64,000 nt of DNA, taken from NCBI GenBank assembly GCA_964016885.1, contig OZ024754.1:19840001-19904000 (forward strand), in the 5' to 3' direction. The number at the start of each line of letters is the position of its first letter. Positions within the stretch are counted from its first letter, which is position 1. Made by a program: the position numbers and the translations under genes. Shown here one piece after another: positions 14,353-27,863 of the stretch. Under the pieces are notes generated by a model. That model searched no databases and was not told the origin of the DNA. It saw nothing but the letters and a program-made list of their open reading frames with translations. The DNA is from Eledone cirrhosa. Its lineage: Eukaryota.

Positions 14353-17300
14353 CTTTAGTTTGAACACAGTCTTAGATCAAGTCACTTGCCAGACATGTAC
14401 AACTGTGGCTAAAATGACTCTTCCATGATATAGTTACTTTAGTTTCAACACATTCACAGATCAAGTCACTTGCCAGACATGTACAACTGTGGCTAAAATG
14501 ACTATCCATGATATAGTTACTTTAGTTTCAACACAGTCACAGATCATGACACTTACCAGATATGTAAAACTGTAGCTAACATGACTCTTCCATGATATAG
14601 TTACTTTAGTTTGAACACAGTCTTAGATCAAGTCACTTGCCAGACATGTACAACTGTGGCTAAAATAACTCTTCCATGATATAGTTACTTTAGTTTCAAC
14701 ACAGTCTCAGATCAAGTCACATACCATACATGTACAACTGTGGCTAGAATGACTCTTCCATGATATAGTTACTTTAGTTTCAACACAGTTTCAGATCAAG
14801 TCACTTGCCAGACGTGTACAACTGTGGCTAAAATGACTCTTCCATGATATAGTTACTTTAGTTTCAACACATTCACAGATCAAGTCACTTGCCAGACATG
14901 TACAAGTGTAGCAAAAATGACTCTTCAATGATATAGTTACGTTAGTTTCAACACAATCTCAGATCAAGTCACTTGCCAGGGATGTACAACTGTAACTAAA
15001 ATGATTCTTCCATGATATATTTACTTTAGTTTCAACACAATCTCAGATCAAGTCACTTGCTAGACATGTGCAACTGTGGCTAAAATGACTCTTCCATGAT
15101 ACAGTTACTTTAGTTTGAACACAGTCTTAGATCAAGTCACTGACCAGACATGTACAACTGTGGCTAGAATGACTCTTCCATGATATAGTTACTTTAGTTT
15201 CAACACATTCACAGATCATGTCACTTGCCAGACATGTACAACTGTGGCTAAAATGACTATCCATGATATAGTTACCTTAGTTTCAACACAGTCACAAATC
15301 AAGACACTTACCAGACATGTCAAAAATGTAGCTAAAATGACTCTTCCATGATATAGTTACTTTAGTTTGAACACAGTCTTAGATCAAGTCACTTGCCATA
15401 CATGTACAACTGTGGCTAAAATGACTCTTCCATGATATAGTTACTTTAGTTTCAACACAGTCTCAGATCAAGTCACTTGCCAGACATGTACAACTGTGGC
15501 TAAAATGACTCTTCCATGATATAGTTACTTTAGTTTCAACACAATCTCAGATCAAGTCACTTACCATACATGTACAACTGTGGCTAGAATGACTCTTCCA
15601 TGACATAGTTACTTTAGTTTCAACACAATCTCAGATCAAGTCACTTACCATACATGTACAACTGTGGCTAGAATGACTCTTCCATGACATAGTTACTTTA
15701 GTTTCAACACAATCTCAGATCAAGTCACTTGCCAGACATGTACAACTGTGGCTAAAATGACTCTTCCATGATATAGTTACTTTAGTTTCAACACAATCTC
15801 AGATCAAGTCACTTACCATACATGTACAACTGTGGCTAAAATGACTCTTCCATGATATAGTTACTTTAGTTTCAACACAATCTTAGATCAAGTCACTTGC
15901 CAGACATGTACAACTGTGGCTAAAATGACTCTTCCATGATATAGTTACTTTAGTTTCAACACAATCTCAGATCAAGTCACTTACCATACATGTACAACTG
16001 TGGCTAGAATGACTCTTTCATGATATAGTTACTTTAGTTTGAACACAGTCTTAGATCAAGTCACTTATCAGACATGTACAGCTGTGGCTAAAATGACTCT
16101 TCCATGATATAGTTACTTTAGTTTCAACACAGTCTCAGATCAAGTCACTTGCCAGACATGTACAACTGTGGATAAAATGACTCTTCCATGATATAGTTAC
16201 TTTAGTTTCAACACAATCTCAGATCAAGTCACTTACCATACATGTACAACTGTGGCTAGAATGACTCTTCCATGATATAGTTACTTTAGTTTCAACACAA
16301 TCTCAGATCAAGTCACTTGCCAGACATGTACAACTGTGGCTAAGATGACTCTTCCATGATATAGTTACTTTAGTTTCAACACAATCTCAGATCAAGTCAC
16401 TTACCATACATGTACAACTGTGGCTAAAATGACTCTTCCATGATATAGTTACTTTAGTTTGAACACAGTCTTAGATCAAGTCACTTGCCAGACATGTACA
16501 ACTGTGGCTAAAATGACTCTTCCATGATATAGTTACTTTAGTTTCAACACATTCACAGATCAAGTCACTTGCCAGACATGTACAACTGTGGCTAAAATGA
16601 CTATCCATGATATAGTTACTTTAGTTTCAACACAGTCACAGATCATGACACTTACCAGATATGTAAAACTGTAGCTAACATGACTCTTCCATGATATAGT
16701 TACTTTAGTTTGAACACAGTCTTAGATCAAGTCACTTGCCAGACATGTACAACTGTGGCTAAAATAACTCTTCCATGATATAGTTACTTTAGTTTCAACA
16801 CAGTCTCAGATCAAGTCACATACCATACATGTACAACTGTGGCTAGAATGACTCTTCCATGATATAGTTACTTTAGTTTCAACACAGTTTCAGATCAAGT
16901 CACTTGCCAGACGTGTACAACTGTGGCTAAAATGACTCTTCCATGATATAGTTACTTTAGTTTCAACACATTCACAGATCAAGTCACTTGCCAGACATGT
17001 ACAAGTGTAGCAAAAATGACTCTTCAATGATATAGTTACGTTAGTTTCAACACAATCTCAGATCAAGTCACTTGCCAGGGATGTACAACTGTAACTAAAA
17101 TGATTCTTCCATGATATATTTACTTTAGTTTCAACACAATCTCAGATCAAGTCACTTGCTAGACATGTGCAACTGTGGCTAAAATGACTCTTCCATGATA
17201 CAGTTACTTTAGTTTGAACACAGTCTTAGATCAAGTCACTGACCAGACATGTACAACTGTGGCTAGAATGACTCTTCCATGATATAGTTACTTTAGTTTC

Positions 17301-20300
17301 AACACATTCACAGATCATGTCACTTGCCAGACATGTACAACTGTGGCTAAAATGACTATCCATGATATAGTTACCTTAGTTTCAACACAGTCACAAATCA
17401 AGACACTTACCAGACATGTCAAAAATGTAGCTAAAATGACTCTTCCATGATATAGTTACTTTAGTTTGAACACAGTCTTAGATCAAGTCACTTGCCATAC
17501 ATGTACAACTGTGGCTAAAATGACTCTTCCATGATATAGTTACTTTAGTTTCAACACAGTCTCAGATCAAGTCACTTGCCAGACATGTACAACTGTGGCT
17601 AAAATGACTCTTCCATGATATAGTTACTTTAGTTTCAACACAATCTCAGATCAAGTCACTTACCATACATGTACAACTGTGGCTAGAATGACTCTTCCAT
17701 GACATAGTTACTTTAGTTTCAACACAATCTCAGATCAAGTCACTTACCATACATGTACAACTGTGGCTAGAATGACTCTTCCATGACATAGTTACTTTAG
17801 TTTCAACACAATCTCAGATCAAGTCACTTGCCAGACATGTACAACTGTGGCTAAAATGACTCTTCCATGATATAGTTACTTTAGTTTCAACACAATCTCA
17901 GATCAAGTCACTTACCATACATGTACAACTGTGGCTAAAATGACTCTTCCATGATATAGTTACTTTAGTTTCAACACAATCTTAGATCAAGTCACTTGCC
18001 AGACATGTACAACTGTGGCTAAAATGACTCTTCCATGATATAGTTACTTTAGTTTCAACACAATCTCAGATCAAGTCACTTACCATACATGTACAACTGT
18101 GGCTAGAATGACTCTTCCATGATATAGTTACTTTAGTTTCAACACAATCTCAGATCAAGTCACTTGCCAGACATGTACAACTGTGGCTAAGATGACTCTT
18201 CCATGATATAGTTACTTTAGTTTCAACACAATCTCAGATCAAGTCACTTACCATACATGTACAACTGTGGCTAAAATGACTCTTCCATGATATAGTTACT
18301 TTAGTTTGAACACAGTCTTAGATCAAGTCACTTGCCAGACATGTACAACTGTGGCTAAAATGACTCTTCCATGATATAGTTACTTTAGTTTCAACACATT
18401 CACAGATCAAGTCACTTGCCAGACATGTACAACTGTGGCTAAAATGACTATCCATGATATAGTTACTTTAGTTTCAACACAGTCACAGATCATGACACTT
18501 ACCAGATATGTAAAACTGTAGCTAACATGACTCTTCCATGATATAGTTACTTTAGTTTGAACACAGTCTTAGATCAAGTCACTTGCCAGACATGTACAAC
18601 TGTGGCTAAAATAACTCTTCCATGATATAGTTACTTTAGTTTCAACACAGTCTCAGATCAAGTCACATACCATACATGTACAACTGTGGCTAGAATGACT
18701 CTTCCATGATATAGTTACTTTAGTTTCAACACAGTTTCAGATCAAGTCACTTGCCAGACGTGTACAACTGTGGCTAAAATGACTCTTCCATGATATAGTT
18801 ACTTTAGTTTCAACACATTCACAGATCAAGTCACTTGCCAGACATGTACAAGTGTAGCAAAAATGACTCTTCAATGATATAGTTACGTTAGTTTCAACAC
18901 AATCTCAGATCAAGTCACTTGCCAGGGATGTACAACTGTAACTAAAATGATTCTTCCATGATATATTTACTTTAGTTTCAACACAATCTCAGATCAAGTC
19001 ACTTGCTAGACATGTGCAACTGTGGCTAAAATGACTCTTCCATGATACAGTTACTTTAGTTTGAACACAGTCTTAGATCAAGTCACTGACCAGACATGTA
19101 CAACTGTGGCTAGAATGACTCTTCCATGATATAGTTACTTTAGTTTCAACACATTCACAGATCATGTCACTTGCCAGACATGTACAACTGTGGCTAAAAT
19201 GACTATCCATGATATAGTTACCTTAGTTTCAACACAGTCACAAATCAAGACACTTACCAGACATGTCAAAAATGTAGCTAAAATGACTCTTCCATGATAT
19301 AGTTACTTTAGTTTGAACACAGTCTTAGATCAAGTCACTTGCCATACATGTACAACTGTGGCTAAAATGACTCTTCCATGATATAGTTACTTTAGTTTCA
19401 ACACAGTCTCAGATCAAGTCACTTGCCAGACATGTACAACTGTGGCTAAAATGACTCTTCCATGATATAGTTACTTTAGTTTCAACACAATCTCAGATCA
19501 AGTCACTTACCATACATGTACAACTGTGGCTAGAATGACTCTTCCATGACATAGTTACTTTAGTTTCAACACAATCTCAGATCAAGTCACTTACCATACA
19601 TGTACAACTGTGGCTAGAATGACTCTTCCATGACATAGTTACTTTAGTTTCAACACAATCTCAGATCAAGTCACTTGCCAGACATGTACAACTGTGGCTA
19701 AAATGACTCTTCCATGATATAGTTACTTTAGTTTCAACACAATCTCAGATCAAGTCACTTACCATACATGTACAACTGTGGCTAAAATGACTCTTCCATG
19801 ATATAGTTACTTTAGTTTCAACACAATCTTAGATCAAGTCACTTGCCAGACATGTACAACTGTGGCTAAAATGACTCTTCCATGATATAGTTACTTTAGT
19901 TTCAACACAATCTCAGATCAAGTCACTTACCATACATGTACAACTGTGGCTAGAATGACTCTTTCATGATATAGTTACTTTAGTTTGAACACAGTCTTAG
20001 ATCAAGTCACTTATCAGACATGTACAGCTGTGGCTAAAATGACTCTTCCATGATATAGTTACTTTAGTTTCAACACAGTCTCAGATCAAGTCACTTGCCA
20101 GACATGTACAACTGTGGATAAAATGACTCTTCCATGATATAGTTACTTTAGTTTCAACACAATCTCAGATCAAGTCACTTACCATACATGTACAACTGTG
20201 GCTAGAATGACTCTTCCATGATATAGTTACTTTAGTTTCAACACAATCTCAGATCAAGTCACTTGCCAGACATGTACAACTGTGGCTAAGATGACTCTTC

Positions 20301-20397
20301 CATGATATAGTTACTTTAGTTTCAACACAATCTCAGATCAAGTCACTTACCATACATGTACAACTGTGGCTAAAATGACTCTTCCATGATATAGTTA
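14353..20397. repeat. Three near-identical HOR copies: 25-mer (2099 bp), 22-mer (1847 bp), 25-mer (2099 bp)
   Basis: Unit starts at 14353, 16452, 18299, 20398. The private variants AGATATGTAAAAC (14561, 16660, 18507) and TTACGTTAG (14941, 17040, 18887) give offsets 2099 and 1847. Confidence 0.92.
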
Positions 20398-21849
20398 CTT
20401 TAGTTTGAACACAGTCTTAGATCAAGTCACTTGCCAGACATGTACAACTGTGGCTAAAATGACTCTTCCATGATATAGTTACTTTAGTTTCAACACAATA
20501 TCAGATCAAGTCACTTACCATACATGTACAACTGTGGCTAGAATGACTCTTCCATGATATAGTTACTTTAGTTTCAACACAATCTTAGATCAAGTCACTT
20601 GCCAGACATGTACAACTGTGGCTAAAATGACTCTTCCATGATATAGTTACTTTAGTTTCAACACAGTCTCAGATCAAGTCACTTGCCAGACATGTACAAC
20701 TGTGGCTAAAATGACTCTTCCATGATATAGTTACTTTAGTTTCAACACAATATCAGATCAAGTCACTTACCATACATGTACAGCTGTGGCTAAAATGACT
20801 CTTCCATGATATAGTTACTTTAGTTTGAACACAGTCTTAGATCAAGTCACTTGCCAGACATGTACAACTGTGGCTAAAATAACTCTTCCATGATATAGTT
20901 ACTTTAGTTTCAACACAGTCTCAGATAAAGTCACTTGCCAGACATCTACAACTATGGCTAAAATGACTCTTCCATGATATAGTTACTTTAGTTTCAACAC
21001 AGTCTCAGATCAAGTCACTTGCCAGACATGTACAACTGTGGCTAAAATGACTCTTCCATGATATAGTTAATTTAGTTTCAACACAATCTCAGATCAAGTC
21101 ACTTACCATACATGTACAACTGTGGCTAGAATGACTCTTCCATGATATAGTTACTTTAGTTTCAACACAGTTTCAGATCAAGTCACTTGCCAGACGTGTA
21201 CAACTGTGGCTAAAATGACTCTTCCATGATATAGTTACTTTAGTTTCAACACATTCACAGATCAAGTCACTTGCCAGACATGTACAACTGTGGCTAAAAT
21301 GACTATCCATGATATAGTTACTTTAGTTTCAACACAGACACAGATCAAGTCACTTGCCAGACATGTACAAGTGTAGCAAAAATGACTCTTCAATGATATA
21401 GTTACTTTAGTTTCAACACAATCTCAGATCAAGTCACTTGCTAGGGATGTACAACTGTAACTAAAATGATTCTTCCATGATATATTTACTTTAGTTTCAA
21501 CACAATCTCAGATCAAGTCACTTACCATACATGTACAACTGTGGCTAGAATGACTCTTCCATGATATAGTTACTTTAATTTGAACACAGTCTTAGATCAA
21601 GTCACTTATCAGACATGTACAGCTGTGGCTAAAATGACTCTTCCATGATATAGTTACTTTAGTTTGAACACCGTCTTAGAGCAAGTCACTTGCCAGACAT
21701 GTACAACTGTGGCTAAAATAACTCTTCCATGATATAGTTACTTTAGTTTCAACACATTCACAGATCAAGTCGCTTGCCAGACATGTACAACTGTGGCTAA
21801 AATGACTATCCATGATATAGTTACCTTAGTTTCAACACAGTCACAGATC

Positions 21850-24160
21850 AAGACACTTACCAGACATGTAAAACTGTAGCTAACATGACTCTTCCATGAT
21901 ATAGTTACTTTAGTTTCAACACAGTCTCAGATCAAGTCACTTGCCAGACATGTACAACTGTGGCTAAATTGACTCTTCCATGATATAGTTACTTTAGTTT
22001 CAACACAGTCTCAGATCAAGGCACTTGCCAGACGTGTACAACTGTGGCTAAAATGACTCTTCCATGAAATAGTTACTTTAGTTTCAACACATTCACAGAT
22101 CACGTCACTTGCCAGACATGTACAACTGTGGCTAAAATGACTATCCATGATATAGTTACTTTAGTTTCAACACAGACACAGATCAAGTCACTTGCCAGAC
22201 ATGTACAAGTGTAGCAAAAATGACTCTTCAATGATATAGTTACTTTAGTTTCAACACATTCACAGATCAAGTCACTTGCCAGACATGTAAAACTGTAGCT
22301 AACATGACTCTTCCATGATATAGTTACTTTAGTTTGAACACAGTCTTAGATCAAGTCACTTGCCAGACATGTACAACTGTGGCTAAAATAACTCTTCCAT
22401 GATATAGTTACTTTAGTTTCAACACAGTCTCAGATAAAGTCACTTGCCAGACATCTACAACTGTGGCTAAAATGACTCTTCCATGATATAGTTACTTTAG
22501 TTTCAACACAGTCTCAGATCAAGTCACTTGCCAGACATGTACAACTGTGGCTAAAATGACTCTTCCATGATATAGTTACTTTAGTTTCAACACAATCTCA
22601 GATCAAGTCACTTACCATACATGTACAATTGTGGCTAGAATGACTCTTCCATGATATAGTTACTTTAGTTTCAACACAGTTTCAGATCAAGTCACTTGCC
22701 AGACGTGTACAACTGTGGCTAAAATGACTCTTCCATGATATAGTTACTTTAGTTTCAACACATTCACAGATCAAGTCACTTGCCAGACATGTACAACTGT
22801 GGCTAAAATGACTATCCATGATATAGTTACTTTAGTTTCAACACACACACAGATCAAGTCACTTGCCAGACATGTACAAGTGTAGCAAAAATGACTCTTC
22901 AATGATATAGTTACTTTAGTTTCAACACAATCTCAGATCAAGTCACTTGCCAGGGATGTACAACTGTAACTAAAATGATTCTTCCATGATATATTTACTT
23001 TAGTTTCAACACAATCTCAGATGAAGTCACTTGCTAGACATGTGCAACTGTGGCTAAAATGACTCTTCCATGATACAGTTACTTTAGTTTGAACACAGTC
23101 TTAGATCAAGTCACTGACCAGACATGTACAACTGTGGCTAAAATGACTCTTCCATGATATAGTTACTTTAGTTTCAACACATTAACAGATCAAGACACTT
23201 ACCAGACATGTAAAACTGTAGCTAACATGACTCTTCCATGATATAGTTACTTTAGTTTCAACACAGTCTCAGATCAAGTCACTTGCCAGACATGTACAAC
23301 TGTGGCTAAATTGACTCTTCCATGATATAGTTACTTTAGTTTCAACACAGTCTCAGATCAAGGCACTTGCCAGACGTGTACAACTGTGGCTAAAATGACT
23401 CTTCCATGAAATAGTTACTTTAGTTTCAACACATTCACAGATCACGTCACTTGCCAGACATGTACAACTGTGGCTAAAATGACTATCCATGATATAGTTA
23501 CTTTAGTTTCAACACAGACACAGATCAAGTCACTTGCCAGACATGTACAAGTGTAGCAAAAATGACTCTTCAATGATATAGTTACTTTAGTTTCAACACA
23601 TTCACAGATCAAGTCACTTGCCAGACATGTAAAACTGTAGCTAACATGACTCTTCCATGATATAGTTACTTTAGTTTGAACACAGTCTTAGATCAAGTCA
23701 CTTGCCAGACATGTACAACTGTGGCTAAAATAACTCTTCCATGATATAGTTACTTTAGTTTCAACACAGTCTCAGATAAAGTCACTTGCCAGACATCTGC
23801 AACTGTGGCTAAAATGACTCTTCCATGATATAGTTACTTTAGTTTCAACACAGTCTCAGATCAAGTCACTTGCCAGACATGTACAACTGTGGCTAAAATG
23901 ACTCTTCCATGATATAGTTACTTTAGTTTCAACACAATCTCAGATCAAGTCACTTACCATACATGTACAACTGTGGCTAGAATGACTCTTCCATGATATA
24001 GTTACTTTAGTTTCAACACAGTTTCAGATCAAGTCACTTGCCAGACGTGTACAACTGTGGCTAAAATGACTCTTCCATGATATAGTTACTTTAGTTTCAA
24101 CACATTCACAGATCAAGTCACTTGCCAGACATGTACAACTGTGGCTAAAATGACTATCCA
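21850..24160. repeat. 16-monomer tandem duplication (1342 bp), second copy incomplete
   Basis: CAAGGCACTTG at 22021 and 23363 (16x84-2), each followed by CCATGAAATAG and GATCACGTCAC. Confidence 0.85.
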
Positions 24161-27110
24161 TGATATAGTTACCTTAGTTTCAACACAGTCACAAATCAAG
24201 ACACTTACCAGACATGTAAAACTGTAGCTAAAATGACTCTTCCATGATATAGTTACTTTAGATTGAACACAGTCTTAGATCAAGTCACTTGCCAGACATG
24301 TACAACTGTGGCTAAAATAACTCTTCCATGATATAGTTACTTTAGTTTCAACACAGTCTTAGATCAAGTCACTTGCCAGACATGTACAACTGTGGCTAAA
24401 ATGACTCTTCCATGATATAGTTACTTTAGTTTCAACACAGACACAGATCAAGTCACTTACGATACATGTACAACTGTGGCTAGAATGACTCTTCCATGAT
24501 ATAGTTACTTTAGTTTCAACACAATCTTAGATCAAGTCACTTGCCAGACATGTACAACTGTGGCTAAAATGACTCTTCCATGATATAGTTACTTTAGTTT
24601 CAACACAGTCTCAGATCAAGTCACTTGCCAGACATGTACAACTGTGGCTAAAATGACTCTTCCATGATATAGTTACTTTAGTTTCAACACAATCTCAGAT
24701 CAAGTCACTTACCATACATGTACAACTGTGGCTAGAATGACTCTTCCATGACATAGTTACTTTAGTTTCAACACAATCTCAGATCAAGTCACTTACCATA
24801 CATGTACAACTGTGGCTAGAATGACTCTTCCATGACATAGTTACTTTAGTTTCAACACAATCTCAGATCAAGTCACTTGCCAGACATGTACAATTGTGGC
24901 TAAAATGACTCTTCCATGATATAGTTACTTTAGTTTCAACACAATCTCAGATCAAGTCACTTACCATACATGTACAACTGTGGCTAGAATGACTCTTCCA
25001 TGATATAGTTACTTTAGTTTCAACACAATCTTAGATCAAGTCACTTGCCAGACATGTACAACTGTGGCTAAAATGACTCTTCCATGATATAGTTACTTTA
25101 GTTTCAACACAATCTCAGATCAAGTCACTTACCATACATGTACAACTGTGGCTAGAATGACTCTTCCATGATATAGTTACTTTAATTTGAACACAGTCTT
25201 AGATCAAGTCACTTATCAGACATGTACAGCTGTGGCTAAAATGACTCTTCCATGATATAGTTACTTTAGTTTCAACACATTCACAGATCAAGTCACTTGC
25301 CAGACATGTACAACTGTGGCTAAAATGACTATCCATGATATAGTTACCTTAGTTTCAACACAGTCACAGATCAAGACACTTACCAGACATGTAAAACTGT
25401 AGCTAACATGACTCTTCCATGATATAGTTACTTTAGTTTCAACACAGTCTCAGATCAAGTCACTTGCCAGACATGTACAACTGTGGCTAAATTGACTCTT
25501 CCATGATATAGTTACTTTAGTTTCAACACAGTCTCAGATCAAGGCACTTGCCAGACGTGTACAACTGTGGCTAAAATGACTCTTCCATGATATAGTTACT
25601 TTAGTTTCAACACATTCACAGATCAAGTCACTTACCAGACATGTACTACTGTGGCTAAAATGACTCTTCCATGATATAGTTACTTTAGATTGAACACAGT
25701 CTTAGATCAAGTCACTTGCCAATCATGTACAACTGTGGCTAGAATGACTCTTCCATGATATAGTTACTTTAGTTTCAACACAGTCTGAGATCAAGTCACT
25801 TGCCAGACATCTACAACTGTGGCTAAAATGACTCTTCCATGATATAGTTACTTTAGTTTCAACACAGTCTCAGATCAAGTCACTTGCCAGGCATGTACAA
25901 CTGGGGCTAAAATGACTCTTCCATGATATAGTTACTTTAGTTTCAACACAATATCAGATCAAGTCACTTACCATACATGTACAACTGTGGCTAGAATGAC
26001 TCTTCCATGATATAGTTACTTTAGTTTCAACACAATCTCAGATCAAGTCGCTTGCCAGACATGTACAACTGTGGCTAAAATGACTCTTCCATGATATAGT
26101 TACTTTAGTTTCAACACAATCTCAGATCAAGTCACTTACCATACATGTACAACTGTGGCTAAAATGACTCTTCCATGATATAGTTACTTTAGTTTCAACA
26201 CAATCTCAGATCAAGTCACTTACCATACATGTACAACTGTGGCTAGAATGACTCTTCCATGATATAGTTACTTTAGTTTCAACACAATCTCAGATCAAGT
26301 CACTTGCCAGACATGTACAACTGTGGCTAAAATGACTCTTCCATGATATAGTTACTTTAGTTTCAACACAATCTCAGATCAAGTCACTTACCATACATGT
26401 ACAACTGTGGCTAGAATGACTCTTCCATGATATAGTTACTTTAGTTTCAACACAATCTCAGATCAAGTCACTTGCCAGACATGTACAACTGTGGCTAAAA
26501 TGACTCTTCCATGATATAGTTACTTTAGTTTCAACACAATCTTAGATCAAGTCACTTGCCAGACATGTACAACTGTTGCTAAAATGACTCTTCCATGATA
26601 TAGTTACTTTAGTTTCAACACAGTCTCAGATCAAGTCACTTACCAGACATGTACAACTGTTGCTAAAATGACTCTTCCATGATATAGTTACTTTAGTTTC
26701 AACACAGTCTCAGATCAAGTCACTTACCAGACATGTACTACTGTGGCTAAAATGACTCTTCCATGATATAGTTACTTTAGTTTCAACACAGTCTCAGATC
26801 AAGTCACTTGCCAGACATGTACAACTGTGGCTAAATTGACTCTTCCATGATATAGTTACTTTAGTTTCAACACAGTCTCAGATCAAGTCACTTGCCAGAC
26901 ATGTACAACTGTGGCTAGAATGACTCTTCCATGATATAGTTACTTTAGTTTGAACACAGTCTTAGATCAAGTCACTTATCAGACATGTACAGCTGTGGCT
27001 AAAATGACTCTTCCATGATATAGTTACTTTAGTTTGAACACAGTCTTAGAGCAAGTCACTTGCCAGACATATACAACTGTGGGTAAAATGACTCTTCCAT
27101 GATATAGTTA

Positions 27111-27863
27111 CTTTAGTTTCAACACATTCACAGATCAAGTCACTTGCCAGACATGTACAACTGTGGCTAAAATGACTATCCATGATATAGTTACCTTAGT
27201 TTCAACACAGTCACAGATCAAGACACTTACCAGACATGTAAAACTGTAGCTAACATGACTCTTCCATGATATAGTTACTTTAGTTTCAACACAGTCTTAG
27301 ATCAAGTCACTTGTCAGACATGTACAACTGTGGCTAAAATGACTCTTCCATGATATAGTTACTTTAGTTTCAACACAGTCTTAGATCAAGTCACTTGCCA
27401 GACATGTACAACTGTGGCTAAAATGACTCTTCCATGATATAGTTACTTTAGTTTCAACACATTCACAGATCAAGTCACTTGCCAGACATGTACAACTGTG
27501 GCTAAAATGACTATCCATGATATAGTTACCTTAGTTTCAACACAGTCACAGATCAAGACACTTACCAGACATGTAAAACTGTAGCTAACATGACTCTTCC
27601 ATGATATAGTTACTTTAGTTTCAACACAGTCTTAGATCAAGTCACTTGTCAGACATGTACAACTGTGGCTAAAATGACTCTTCCATGATATAGTTACTTT
27701 AGTTTCAACACAGTCTTAGATCAAGTCACTTGCCAGACATGTACAACTGTGGCTAAAATGACTCTTCCATGATATAGTTACTTTAGTTTCAACACATTCA
27801 CAGATCAAGTCACTTGCCAGACATGTACAACTGTGGCTAAAATGACTATCCATGATATAGTTA
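27111..27863. repeat. 4-monomer HOR (335 bp), about 2.25 copies
   Basis: ATTCACAG 83-bp monomers start at 27111, 27446 and 27781, with the same three intervening variants (GTCACAG..AAGACAC, GTCTTAG..TGTCAG, GTCTTAG). Confidence 0.88.
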
